Shown here in pieces: positions 1 to 12,411 of a stretch of 64,000 nucleotides of DNA. The DNA comes from Spironucleus salmonicida (lineage: Eukaryota), in contig NC_090604.1 in assembly GCF_000497125.1 (NCBI RefSeq), positions 454,651-518,650 on the forward strand, given 5' to 3'. Position 1 is the first letter of the stretch; each line of letters starts with the position of its first letter. Made by a program: the position numbers and the translations under genes. A model generated the notes under the pieces. That model was not told the origin of the DNA, made no database searches, and saw nothing but the letters and a program-made list of their open reading frames with translations.

Positions 1-468
1 AATATAAAATAAACTTAGCAAGCCAAAGATATTGAGTTATATTTACCTGAGCGCCAACACAACGCTCAGCAGCCCACAATCAAGCGTGCACCTCTCTTGC
101 CCATTTTCCAATACTTTCACTCCAAAATATATTTAATATAATATTCTCTTCCAATTCTAGAACTCTACTCCAAATTAGTAAACCACATTATTATACACTT
201 AACATCAGATTTAACCCACGTCAGCCCACCCGTGTAAATTTCGTGTGGCGTTTAGATCTCCTAAAGCCCCTTAAAAGCGAGTTGACACTATCCAAATTGC
301 GATCAATAAAATTGTCCAGCTACCTTTATCCCGGAGCGCAACCCTGTTGCACTGCCTTTCTTGGCCTCGCCCCTTGTATCGATTGCGTTCCAGCGACAGA
401 ATTTTTGGCTCCGAGTCGGGCCGAGCAGCATGCTTCTAGTGTGAGTAAGTACGGAGGGAGTGATCTTG

Positions 469-2705
469 GCCGCCTTCTGTGAGTTGGGCTTCGCGAGCTG
501 GGACGCCATCCAGAGCTGCGATGGCATGGCTTAGTACCTCCAAGGGGCCTGACGGGCCACGAGGCGCATGCCAGTGGCTTCCCTGTATTGTGCTCCTGGA
601 AAGTTCCGTATGCGAAAAATCCCATACTTTACTCATGTCCAGCACGCCAACTCGAGTGTGGGGGGGGTATTCTACGGTTTCATGGCACTAGGACGAACGC
701 GAGCGTATGGAATGGTTTTGGAGGACATGGTAGCAGGGCGTAGCGATACCTGTGGCCTATGCGTAGATAAGTGTGCTGATTCCTGTAGCGGCATACCTGA
801 GACGTCTAGGGAATTTCCACTTGGAAAGTGTACTAGTGATGAGGCTCTGCATGCCCCAGCCAGGCAGCAATATGCAGCGAGGTCTGATATTTAAAGGCCA
901 GCTACGTTCCCATGCTTCCCAGAGCCTTCCGCATGAAGTTCCAGAACATATAACATTCCAGATTAAATATAAAATCCCCTTCCATCTCAAGTTTACCTTC
1001 GCTATGGTCACTATTATGCAGAGAGCCCGCCCGCCCTGCAGGATTTGCAGGTGCAGCGCGTCTAGCACCACCAGCTGACCCATTCAGGTAAAGCAAAATT
1101 ATTAGTACTATCCATTCCCCGCTACAACTACCATCCCATCACCACTCCCGTGCTAGAGGATCGGATCACGCTACCTACGCCTTTGCTGCACGGGCGTCGG
1201 ACAGCAAGCTTTGGTACCACCTGCGGGGTACCTTCACGATGCAGTTTCGGCGAACGAGGGATAGTTGGTTGCGGGTATAACTATATAGTCGTGCACCTGG
1301 TTTCTTCCCTTCAGGCCGCACGCGAACCCTGAGCTAGTAGGGATTTGGTGGGAAAGCGCGGTGATGCCTGCACGCTCAGGCCCATGCAAAATGGTCCATC
1401 CTGCGCTGCTAGGCTTAAACTGAGTGGAGTTCCGCACTTAGGCGTTTACATTTGTAAAGGAACGCTTCACACTGGGGCGGAATGCCAAATCGATAGTGGG
1501 ATAGCACCCTCTAGCAGGGACTATGCCCAGCGCTGCAACCCACATCCCTCAAATTTCCACAGAAAACCTCACTAGGCCATCGTCTAGCACTGAATCATCA
1601 CGAATACCGGAGCCAGAGTTCACTGCCAGGAACAGCACGAAGCAGGAGAGATAGACCGCGAGGAACATCACGTAATTGTCGTAGTCGTTCTCGGTGCTCG
1701 CCATGTAGAAGCTGGACCAGCAGCCAGGATGCCGGCGATGTCCGATTGGTCTGGTACGCGAGGATCTGGATCGCCCCTTCGAGTCAATGGAGATTTGAAG
1801 GACTGCCAGAACACGACCTCTAGCCTGCTGCTAGTTATCACCAGCTACATGGTGTCGTTAATATCACTGCAAACGTCGTCGAAGGCGCTGCGGACCTGGA
1901 GGGCAATCTTGTCGCTACTTGAGACGGCAATAACGGTCAAATAGATGCAGTGTTTGACACCTTATACCCGCATGTAGAACGGCAACATATGTCCCAACTC
2001 GCGTCGCGCTAATTGCTCTAGGGGTACAGATTCATACTTTCTGGAAACACCCTGGACAGATCTCTTACGCTCGCAAAATATTACGTTTTCCCGTATGCTT
2101 CTAGCGAATACCCCGCAGTTACCAGAATAATTTGGTCCTAGTAGGTAAGCATTGAGCTGAAGTTTGCAGCAACGCTATCTGCACTAATTACACACTCCGG
2201 ATGACTGCTGAACTGATCATGGTCCAAATATACCTGTCCGGGTCAAATAGCGCGTAATGCTGGTTCTCTCGCCGCACGCCAATGAGCCGTCAGCTTACTG
2301 CCGTATTGCGTCTTAAATAACTATCGTCTCGACTCCGACAGTATCGTAAATAAGCACCACACCAAATCTGGACTACAAATTGGTAGTGATAAATCAATTA
2401 TAGTAGAGCACGTTTTCTTTTCAATCTCGTCAACAATTTCCCTACATCGCAGCTAGCAACGGGTGACACGGTTGTGAACGTACGGCTACTTGTAATCGCC
2501 AGCGTCGGTGCCTCACTCAAAGTCCCTCATGACGAGATTTGTAGTATTCTGCTAAAAGGTGATCCTGGGGTGCAATTTCGCATCCTCCGGCATCGTGCAG
2601 TCGTTCGGCGACAGCTCAAAAAATATATTTCGTCGCCTTGGATCGCGGAATAGGAGAAGGCCAGGTTGCTCCAGTAGGAGGAGACGTCCGTTTTCAGGTA
2701 CTTAA
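469..2705. repeat. Dispersed copy of the 48950-52124 block (core 533-2705 matches 49951-52124); 1216-2705 also inverted at ~33720-35207
   Basis: Near-identical sequence and shadow ORFs (MLEDRIT at 1150/50571; MVGKRGD at 1345/50766/34848; MPAMS at 1729/51150/34479). Confidence 0.92.
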
Positions 2706-3067
2706 TTTATCGGATGATTTTATGCTGATCATCCGATCTTTATATTTTGGTGAAGTATTCATTTTCTATCATAGTTATTTCACCTATAAGTTAAGCTTGA
2801 CATAGTCAGGACATAGAAAAGTCGCTTTTGACGTCATTCCCTGATAATCAAAATTCTATGATATAATAATGGAATGTATCTGATTCCATTATCGTCGTAA
2901 ATTAACTCTACGGACGCTTCAGATCAATTTAATGCTAAAACAAGAGGATCTTAACGTAATTATGGAATAAGAGAATGGGACAGACGTGCAGACTAAATAT
3001 TATCTTCAAGATTAGAGCTAGTGAAAAAGTATGTAGGTGTAGTATAAGAAATCATCAAAATCATCAT
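1549..3067 (-). pseudogene. Degenerate type-I membrane protein gene (signal-like N-terminus, C-terminal hydrophobic segment)
   Basis: ATG after TCTCCAACCC; MMILMISYTTPTYFFTSSNLEDNIQ..LIPQLRQDPLVLALN aligns with the 33353 copy; internal TGA and frameshifts; hydrophobic YVMFLAVYLSCFVLFLAV near the end. Confidence 0.6.
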
Positions 3068-3934
3068 TTAGGGTTGGAGAAATTATTTACATTATTATTA
3101 AATAAGATGTGATAAGTTAAAGATTTGTTCAATAATTTTATTATAAATAATGGAGTAAAGACTATATTTAAATATGTTAAATAAAAAATTTAAGAAATTT
3201 ATTTGTATTGAGAATACGGAACAATCCAATCAAACTTTTTCTTCCCATATTATTAATGTTGATAAGTTTCTAATATTACTGATCTAATTTATATTTTAAT
3301 ATACTATATATCTTATTTGATTAATTTAACTCGTTAGTAAAAGGTAGAGAGTTAGATACTACGCATCAATAAGTTTAAATACAATATTACACTAACGAAT
3401 CTAAGTTTAAGTATTTTATTTTCAATATATTTAACCATTATTGTATTATGACTCTACTTATATAGACAAACGAAACTAAAAAGAGAGAAAAAATGTTGAA
3501 TATATAGTTAAGCTAAGTATGACAGTATAAAAATTATATGTCGTATTTCAATAGTTTGTATAAGTATCTACTTAAATTATATATTGTAATTAGAGGGGTT
3601 ACTCATTTATAATAAGAATTTTTTATTTTTTTGGAATAACCATAGTGAACTATTATGGAAATAGCAGGTACACACATATAATTACCAACTAGAAAACAAT
3701 GAGTATAACCACCTCAAAGTTGCATGAGTAACAGGATTACTTGAAATGTTGTATTTTAACAATTATGCAAAATAATATAATATTATTAATATATAGTATT
3801 TTATTTCTTTCCGCACTTTATAAAAATTATACATATAATATTAAAAATTACATCTAATTTCTATTTACGAAATATTACATTTTGTAAAAATAAAAGACTG
3901 GCTGAACTCCTTTCCCTTTTTCACTTCTCTGTCA

Positions 3935-4210
3935 ATGAGGCGAAAAATTTTCACCCCAGAAGCCCTTTTCAAGCTTTATTGCGGGATTAAAACTTACAAT
4001 AAAAACTTTTATTCCATATAATCTGATTTTCTTCCTGAGTTAGAATTATCATAGATAGAGAATAAATATTATAATATTTTTAAGCTCGATAAGTTTGAAT
4101 TTGATTACCTGGGAGTTACTTTTAAGTTAGAGAAGGTTAATGACGTCTTAGTTCAAAGTTGCAGCAAAGAAATAGATTTAGAAGCATTAAAAGAATATTT
4201 TGACAAGTGA
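3935..4210 (+). CDS. Hypothetical protein, 91 aa (MRRKIFTPEALFK...EYFDK)
   Basis: Open in table 6, pyrimidine-rich leader, ends AAGTGA. Confidence 0.65.
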
Positions 4211-4224
4211 ATATGATACCCTTA

Positions 4225-4884
4225 TCACTTTTACATAGGCTATTAAGCCATTTGCATAGGAACAATCATAACATATCCTGGAGGGCAAGGCATATTAATT
4301 GGCATATACATTGGCATACCTTATTACAAAGGCTGCTGCATCATGTTCATGTATTACATTTGTTGCATCTGCATTTCAGGAGTGAAATTATATTAAGGCT
4401 ATTAGAATTACTAAGGTTATTATACTTATTAAACTACCTCTTCAACTTTCTCGGCTTATTTAACGTGTTCAACCTTCTTAGCTTATTCAGTTTTCTTAAC
4501 TTATTCGGTCTTCTTTTCAACCTTTTTATGCACTTAAGGCTTAGAAATAACTTCTTCGTCATCGGCAAATGGATCAACCTCAGCGTTCTCTAATGGTGCA
4601 GCTTCTTTAACTACCTTAGGCTATTCCTTTTTGAAAATCAAGGTTACTTTTTTGCCTTTATTATCTTAAGGTCTACCGTTAGTGTTCTTCTCGAATTTCT
4701 TGAAATTTTTATCAGTTACTTTTTCAATAGCCTTTTAGACGTCATTTCTGCAGATTTTAAGAGCCTACTATGCATTATAAAAATCAATTTCAACTTTTAG
4801 ATCTTTGGCACCTTTGATAACTTCGTTGATCTGCTCTTTGTTGCCATTATCTCTTTTTCTATCATTATCAGAATGCTGTGACAT
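4225..4884 (-). CDS. Hypothetical protein, 219 aa, UBA-like N-terminal motif and Q/M/P-rich C-terminus
   Basis: Open in table 6 (MSQHSDNDRK...AQQPMQK); NAQQALKICRNDVQKAIEKV resembles UBA helices; CACTCC leader; AAGTGA stop. Confidence 0.8.
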
Positions 4885-5120
4885 TTGCAAGGAGTGGTGG
4901 AATGAAAATAATTCTCCATAATTAATAATATTATATATTATATATTAATTACTAATAAATAACATTTTATTGGTTTTATTTATAATTTATATTTAGATTG
5001 AGTTTTACTGTAATTACTTCACATTTTCTATATTAAACTCCATAATAGTCACATAAATTCTACAATAGGGTAAAAATACATTGTTAATATTATGTATAAT
5101 AAAATATATATGGATAAGAA

Positions 5121-5783
5121 ATGCGAAGGTAAAAGGGGACTTGCCTGATAGAAAATCTTGTATAAGAGCCGTTTGATGAACGAATTAACGTCATAAAGCA
5201 CAACTTTTAAATAATGATGGCTTCGGATGATTTATAATCAAAATTCCTTTAGTTTTATTTGTTTAAGCCATAGTTTTAACTGCCATGCTGTTCGTGTAAT
5301 CAATCAAAAGATACTCTTCAATTCGATTGTTGTGATGTACTTGGTACATGCAATATCAACATCGACTACTAGCGAATTCTGGGTTCTGAAATGATTCAGA
5401 GTTTCATGTCGTCGTAGCACTTCAACGCTGATAACACAGAAACTCAAACAATAGAGTTCAGACAACTTATCGTTCAGAATAGCTTAGAGTCTTTGATAGC
5501 CTTCATTCCGCAGAGTAGTTTTGACGATGATGTTTAGCCCCCTCGATAACCGAAAATAGCACTCTAAATTTCACATTAATTACCGTTTTAGCCATCGACA
5601 CGAGAGGTACTTTTTACTCGATCAAGTTCTCACGAGTTAAAATTCAATGATTTGGTGCAGACATCGACTAGTGATGATACGCAGATGCTTCCATGCATTA
5701 CAACGAACAGGAAGAAGCCTTCCAGTAAATACACGGTTTTAGGGCCATTACAGCTTAGCTCTAGAAAAAACGGCAGAAAGTGA
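5121..5783 (+). CDS. Hypothetical protein, 220 aa
   Basis: Open for 221 codons in table 6 (MRRQKGTCLIENLV...RKNGRK), ends AAGTGA. Confidence 0.72.
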
Positions 5784-6030
5784 GGGATATTTTGTTTAAC
5801 GATCAGATATTTTAGGAACTTATGGTGGTGGCCGCGATAATAAAACGGCTAATGTGTATTTAAAAATATATATGTAGTGATATGCGTTATATGTTATATA
5901 GAGTGTGCCTGCATTAAATCTTGTTATAGTCTAAATTTTCATTTACGTTTTAATGATATTAATATATTATATGAATATATAATTAATATTATTTCATTCC
6001 ATATTAAAACATCAATTCCACTCCAATGGG

Positions 6031-6189
6031 ATGTCTGGCAACAACACTTTCGCCAGAAAGATGAAAATCGCCACCAAGATTAAACAAAACAAGAGAATCC
6101 CAAGATGGATACATCTTAAAGCTGATGCCAGCAAGACTAGATGGAATGCCGGTAGACATTACTGGAGAAGATCTCACCTCAAGATCTGA
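6031..6189 (+). CDS. RPL39: 60S ribosomal protein L39 (eL39)
   Basis: MSGNNTFARKMKIATKIKQNKRIPRWIHLKADASKTRWNAGRHYWRRSHLKI: KQNxxIPxW and WRR motifs of eL39. Confidence 0.95.
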   Translation: MSGNNTFARKMKIATKIKQNKRIPRWIHLKADASKTRWNAGRHYWRRSHLKI

Positions 6190-6371
6190 GTAATTAATAT
6201 TTATAGAGCTAATATCAATCATCATCTTTATCTAGTAGTAGATTTATTTACTACATCGCTAAGCTATCTATCTATACTCTGCAATTCATATTTTTTCATA
6301 TTATCGACAAATATATAAAGTTTTATTAATATCTACTAATTAGTCGTATATAAAGACCACTCCAAATAAAA

Positions 6372-7028
6372 ATGGAGCTTCCTGATGATTTCAATAACAT
6401 TGAACCATAGCAGTTAGATTAATTTCTATCAGCAGAACCTCAATAACATACCGTGAATGTACTACCCCATTAAATATAACTTATTTAGTTACCTGAACCA
6501 TAAATAAATATTGATATTGATATACATCCTCCATTTGAATATTAGTAAAGTATATTAAACACTAATAATGACGATGAAGATAAATTGACTTAATAAATAT
6601 AGGAGGAAGTATCATCATCATAATCATAATCATCGAAGTAGAATGATTAACCTTAGGAGATTTTATAAGAAGCTAAAAATAAACCACTATAACCTGTTTA
6701 AGTAGTTGAAGAAAAGAAATAAGGAGTTGAATAACATTAGATCGATAATCTGAACCCATTATTCATTGGAGATGAGGAAAAAAGACCAGAGAATCCTTCG
6801 ATGTCTTTATCTGAATAGATAAACCAGGTAGATAGCAAATTTTCAAAAAACTTTGATAAATTCGAATCTTTTGATATAATTGTTGAGAAAGAAACATAAA
6901 AAATAGCTCAGTAGCATCTATCGATAAAAGATGTTGAGAGACCAAAAATTAGCGTCGCTAAAATAATTGATGACTCAGAAGTACCTGTTACACCTAACAC
7001 CAAAAAAGGATGCTGTGCAGGAATGTGA
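6372..7028 (+). CDS. Q/E-rich hypothetical protein, 218 aa, C-terminal CaaX (KKGCCAGM)
   Basis: Open in table 6; CACTCC leader; terminal basic-CC-AGM. Confidence 0.8.
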
Positions 7029-7286
7029 TACGAATTGAAATATCATATTGTATTTCTGCTCACTTAGTATAAAATTAGTAGTTATTTTATTTTAATACCA
7101 TAATTCTTCTTACTGGCCTAATTTACCACCGTATACGCTTAGTTTATTAAAATATAGTTCAGCCTTTAACTATTACTTAAAATATTAGACGATTAATATC
7201 CTATAATTAATTTTTTTTAAACATCTAATAATATTATTATATTATATTTATATATTAATTATCCGCTCCATTTTTATTTTTAAATA

Positions 7287-7817
7287 ATGGGACGTCATAA
7301 GATAGAAATAAAGAGAATTGACAATCAAAAAACTCGCTAAATAACTTTTAACAAACGCAGATCTGGATTATTCAAAAAAGCGTATGAGTTAGCTGCATTA
7401 ACTTCCTCTTCGGTAACACTTCTGGTCCGTGGCGAAAACGGGAAGAATTACGTGTTTCAGAGCGATAATTAACCTCTCCATCAATAACTTGATTTCGAAT
7501 ATGAAACTTTATCAAAAGATTAAATTTGCGACTATTCAGACAATGATACTGTACCAGCATCTTCAGCTACTTCTTCTTATGTCAACCCTATTGAAAATTC
7601 TTAGCTTAAATTGTGTATTTCTATAGATCCACCTTAAAAACGTTAGCAACCATCTTTATAAGTAACTATCCCACCACCTATGCGGTCTAATGACTTATTT
7701 TCACCTAATTTACCAGACAAGAAGTCAAATAATTTTATGGAAATTCAAGAAAATTTATAGTCACCAATGTATTTCTCTTTGAATACACCGGTAGTGGTAG
7801 ATACACCAAATGGTCCC
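7287..7817 (+). CDS. MADS-box transcription factor (MEF2/type II-like), 176 aa
   Basis: MGRHKIEIKRIDNQKTRQITFNKRRSGLFKKAYELAALTSSSVTLLVRGENGKNYVF is a canonical MADS domain; Q of RQITF is TAA. Confidence 0.93.
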
Positions 7818-8759
7818 ATTGTTGTAAACACTCCAAAGGGTGGCATGGCAGAAAAAATGCTTTTTCCAACATAGTGATATTGCTTTTTTTTAATAATTTA
7901 CTTTTATTAGTAGTGGGGAATAATTATTTTAATGGAATAACGCATATGTAGCAGTTTTATATGAAAATCTATTTTTAGAATATATTATTTATATGATCTT
8001 AGAACTTATAAGTCTTAGTAAACATTGTTTTGATATTCCATAGTTTCTAGATTAACATATAATAATATTAACGTAATATAATAATCTATAAACGTATACA
8101 TATACCAAGGATGTCATAATCACCAAATTATTATTATTGATTATTCTAAATGTATAATTACTATATCAATAAAGCTATACTAAAGTTAAAATATTTTCTG
8201 ATATAAGTATATATAATATTCACTTATATAATACTCGTTAGTTCTGTTAAGCATTTTAAGGATATTATAATTTAGATTTACTAAACCATTAGATGATAAT
8301 TGCATTACAACATCCTAAAATAAAAACACTGATGTTAAATAAAGCTTAATTTTCAATTTTATCAATAATATAGGAGTAAAAATCTGTACTGATTGAGCAT
8401 AATTTATATTATATGGCAAATATTATCTTTATAATATACTATATATAATGGTTACCGTTTACACAGTATTTCACTGAAAGAATAAGAATTTATCTTATGA
8501 TAGAAAAATATTAACAATCTATAATAGATTTAGAATTAAAAAGGTTGCTTAAAATAGTATTATTAAGGTAGTCAAAACAGTTACCTAATATACATTATAT
8601 TCTATTTATCTTACTAATTGTATCCAATAAATTATATGTAACATAAATAAGTAAATATAATGACAGGTTTATCCAAAATACTATATTACTCTAGATTCAT
8701 TTATTTAAAATAAATTATAATATTAAATATTATATAATTAATAATTTTTACACACTTCA

Positions 8760-8766
8760 CACTCCA
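8760..8766 (+). promoter_or_regulatory. C-rich start-proximal motif CACTCCA (representative copy)
   Basis: C(A/G)CTCC or TTCCTTTCC lies within ~25 nt of most housekeeping ATGs in the window. Confidence 0.6.
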
Positions 8767-8773
8767 TTTCAAA

Positions 8774-9370
8774 ATGTCTGACGAAAAACCTAAGTTTTAA
8801 TTCTCCTTTAACTAACCTTCTACCTCTACGACCTTCAACTTTGGCACTAATGCTCCCAAACCAGCAGCTTTTTCTTTTGGTAACGTTAGTACTACAAAAT
8901 TTGAGTTCGCAGCTCCAAAGAAGGCGGATGATAAGGAAGCGGTCAAGTTTGCTGAAATAAAGTAAAAAGAACAGGAAAAAATTCAAGAGCTTGAAAAAGT
9001 TAACTATTATATATTAACAGAGACAAAACTTGAAAGCGGTGAAAAAATGTCCGAGTATGTTAAAGGTGAAGTTTGTAAACTTCAGCTTATTAAGGATGAG
9101 GAAGAAATCATGTTAGTAGCCAGAATCTCAATTGGATAGAACGCCAGTGAAGGGGACGAGTGCAAGAAAAATACATTTGACAAGATGGTTTTTCACGGCC
9201 TAGCTAAAGATTTAACTGTTACTTTTGATAAATTTTTAAAAGTCACTGGTCCAAATTTAGTTGTAAGGACTAAGGTTAATTAGCAATTAAAGCCAGTTAT
9301 CTAAACTTTTCTATTCAAGGGAGAGGGCCTGAAGGATGTTTTTGAAAAGCTGAATAAGAAGAATGAATGA
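8774..9370 (+). CDS. FxFG-repeat protein with probable divergent Ran-binding domain (Nup50/Nup2/Yrb2-like), 198 aa
   Basis: N-terminal FQFSF, FNFG, FSFG, FEFA motifs followed by a ~130-aa globular segment; CACTCC leader. Confidence 0.7.
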
Positions 9371-9382
9371 TAAAATTTCACT

Positions 9383-10117
9383 TCAGATTACGTCTTCAAC
9401 CTTTTTGCAGGTTTATTCTAATAACTAAATAAGGCCTTCCTCACAGAGCTCTCTATCTTCACGCTCTTTCTTGATAGAGTCCTGAAGCTAATTCACAACA
9501 CCAATGAGCTTGTTGTATAGGTCGTCTGTTAATTTAACCCTGTCGCTTCTTTCGGTGTCGATACTATTTTTAAGCTCGGCTGACTGCGTTTTAAGATCAT
9601 TCTCGATACGTGAAAACTCGCTATTCTTGCCGTCCCTCTCCTAATTGAGCTCCATGATGATGGTGTCAAGCTGATTTTTAACTTCTCCCTTAAGAGTCTC
9701 GTTTTATGAGCTGGTAGTAGCACTCTCGTCCTACAGATTTGATCTCAAGTCTTTCTCTCTGTCATCCAACAGTTATGTGACCTTTTGGTCAAGCTCCTTC
9801 CTGTGCTGCCTTTCGAGATTGAACTCCACAGTGACAGCGGCCTCGACGACACGGATTTCCTTCGTCTTCTTGTCGTCCTGGATTTCCCTCTGTGCCTTCT
9901 GGGTTGCTAATGCATCCTGTACTGCTGCCATTTGCTCTTTCAGGGACGAGAATTAGGAGCGGTCTGTGGAGGATATCTTTTATAGAGAATCCTCAATGCG
10001 TTTGACGGACTTCTCCACCTCAGACTTATAGCGATCACGCTCCTGCTTCTGGTTCGACTGGGATGACCTAAGGCGGTCAGCGATGTTTTGCATCTTAGCA
10101 GCGGCGGGAGATGACAT
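9383..10117 (-). CDS. SF-assemblin/beta-giardin family coiled-coil protein, 244 aa
   Basis: All-helical protein with periodic ER..R motifs; C-terminus KKEREDRELCEEGLIQLLEQTCKKVEDVI typical of striated-fibre assemblins. Confidence 0.82.
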
Positions 10118-10535
10118 TTGGTAGTAAAGTGGAGCGAAATCGGGCGGAAACAAATTTATGAAAAAATATATATAATAATTATAATTATTGAAAAACCGTA
10201 ATTAAATGTTGTATATAATTATATTTACACATATAATAATATATGAAAATCAATTAACAAGTAAGTTGGGGCAAAATAAATTTTTTAACTCCTCCTTTGA
10301 TATTAACTCTAATTTTTTCGGCTTAAGCCAAATACTAAAAAATTCCTATAGTTTAATGGCTATTACATTACTTTTTCCTAAAAATTTTTCCTAAAACTAA
10401 AACCCCCACGTACAATACTGAAATAACCTATTTCCCCTTTAGCCTTTAAAATCGTCTTAACCCATATTTACCATAGCCATTACCACCCACAATATAAAAT
10501 AAAAATCCAACCCAACCCAATCCCACCAAACACGC

Positions 10536-12116
10536 TCACTACCTGTCCATTTTAGCATTGAACAAATCATCCACCCTCATTATCATGCAAGCCTGCTCGA
10601 AGGCGGTTCTGACCATCTAAATCTTGGTTTCGTACAAATCCCAAATCCTGTAGGCGCCAAAACAGTCCACAATCTCCCCGGTCTCCCCGTTAACGCCCAT
10701 TTGCGCCTAGCCCTGACTTTATAACCCCCTCAGCTTGGTAATCTCCCTAATAACGTTTCCCCCGCAATTCATGAGCAGAGTCCTCGGAATGACCTCAAAA
10801 GCGCGGGAAACGCTCTAGAAGACCATAGCGTCATTCCCTGTCCTTTTCAGGCTCTCAATGTTCAAAAGCGCGCTGATCTGCATCTCGAAGGCGCCGCCCC
10901 CAACGGCGACGTTCGGCGCCAAAAAGAAGTTCCTGGCGACGTGCAGCGCGTCCTGCAAGTTCCTCTCGACCTCCAATAGCGCGTCTTTCGAAGCGCCCCG
11001 CAGAAGCAGCGTGCAGGCGGCGCATTTCTCGTCGCATTCGTGAACGAAAACGAAGAATTCGTCCCCGAACTTCTGGAGCTCGTAAACTCCGGCGTTTCCG
11101 ATGTCCCCAGCGCGAATGTCGTCCAGCCTGTTGACAATTCGCGCCCCGGTGGCCGCGGCGAGACGGACGTTGTCAGTTTTCCTGACGCGCCTCAGGCAGA
11201 CGATATTAAGGTCCGCGAACCGCTGCGCGACGATGTCAGAGACGCCTTTTTCGGTTATGACGATATTTGGGTTAAATTTCACGATTTTGTCTACGCAGTC
11301 GTTCAAAAAATCGTTTTCGACGTTCAAAAGTGCAGTTAAAGAGGCCTTGTCTTAAAGCTCGACGTTGAGCATTGAATTCGCTTTTTTATATTCTAAAGTA
11401 GCGTCCAGGAGGAGAATTCTGGGGTTCTGGAGCGATTTCGGCATGGATGGATGGATGATGTCTTTGTTCAAAACGCAGCCTCTGATGATCTGGCAATCGT
11501 CTACGGCGCCGCCTGGGATCTTCTCGACGCGTGCAAATCGCTTTATGTCGATGTCAGTGGCGTCGCAGAATTTCATCTAATTTTGGACAATTTTGACCGC
11601 CTGGAAGGCCATATTGACGATGAGGTCGCCCCAATTGCTAGAAAATTTGGTGTTCAGGCAGTTGTTGATGACCTGAATTGCGTTTTCTTTGGAGTTTTCC
11701 ACCTCCTTTCCGCTGATTTGAGTGTTGATGAATTCGAGGCATTCCTAGAGGTTCTGAGTCAGCACAATGGGGTGCATCTGCTTAACCAGTTTCTCGCAGG
11801 ATGCGATGATTTCGCCAGTGAGGACAACGACACCGGTGCTACCGTCGCCGCACTGCTCGTCCTGGCCCCTGGCAAGCTCGATCATGGATTTAGCTGCCGG
11901 ATGAGCTACATCTACTTCTCTTAAAATGGCGTTGCCGTCATTGGTCATGACGATGCCCCCTGCCGGGTCCAAGATCATTTTCAGCATGGAGCGGGGGCCA
12001 AGAGTAGAACGGATGATGTCAGCAACTGTTGTAGATGCCTTGATGTTATTCTAGCGGGCAGTGTCGCCGCGCTCGCGTTTGGAGTTCTCGTTGATTACGA
12101 ATACTTCTGGCTGCAT
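10536..12116 (-). CDS. CCT3: T-complex protein 1 subunit gamma, 526 aa
   Basis: STLGPRSMLKMILDPAGGIVMTNDGNAILRE, GDGSTGVV, RVEKIPGG, RRVRKTDN; three standard-code ORFs join in one frame via TAA/TAG. Confidence 0.96.
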
Positions 12117-12411
12117 TTGGTAATTAAGGAAAGGAAATTTCAAGTAAATTTAAATCAAAAACAATATAATAATTGGTTGAGTTTTATAATTTTTTGATTA
12201 TTATTAATGTTATAAGGATTTTTTTTGGAAATGGAGTACTTGAATGATTAATTAGAGGGTAATGTGTAGTGGTAAGTAATTTAAAAAATTTTATGAGTGT
12301 AAAGTGGGTCAATAACAATCGCAGTTAACTACATGAAAATTATGCAAAATATAATTGTTTTCTTTTTTATATTTATGCATAATATATGTCAAAATAAATA
12401 TATTTCACAAA

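Noticed and set aside
1-460. Possible minus-strand gene remnant at window start
   Set aside because: Frames interrupted by TGA and no recognisable homology
10855-11924. Overlapping and antisense ORFs on CCT3 (likewise on RPL4, CRMPs, 4207-4593, 47377-47874)
   Set aside because: Shadow frames of real genes
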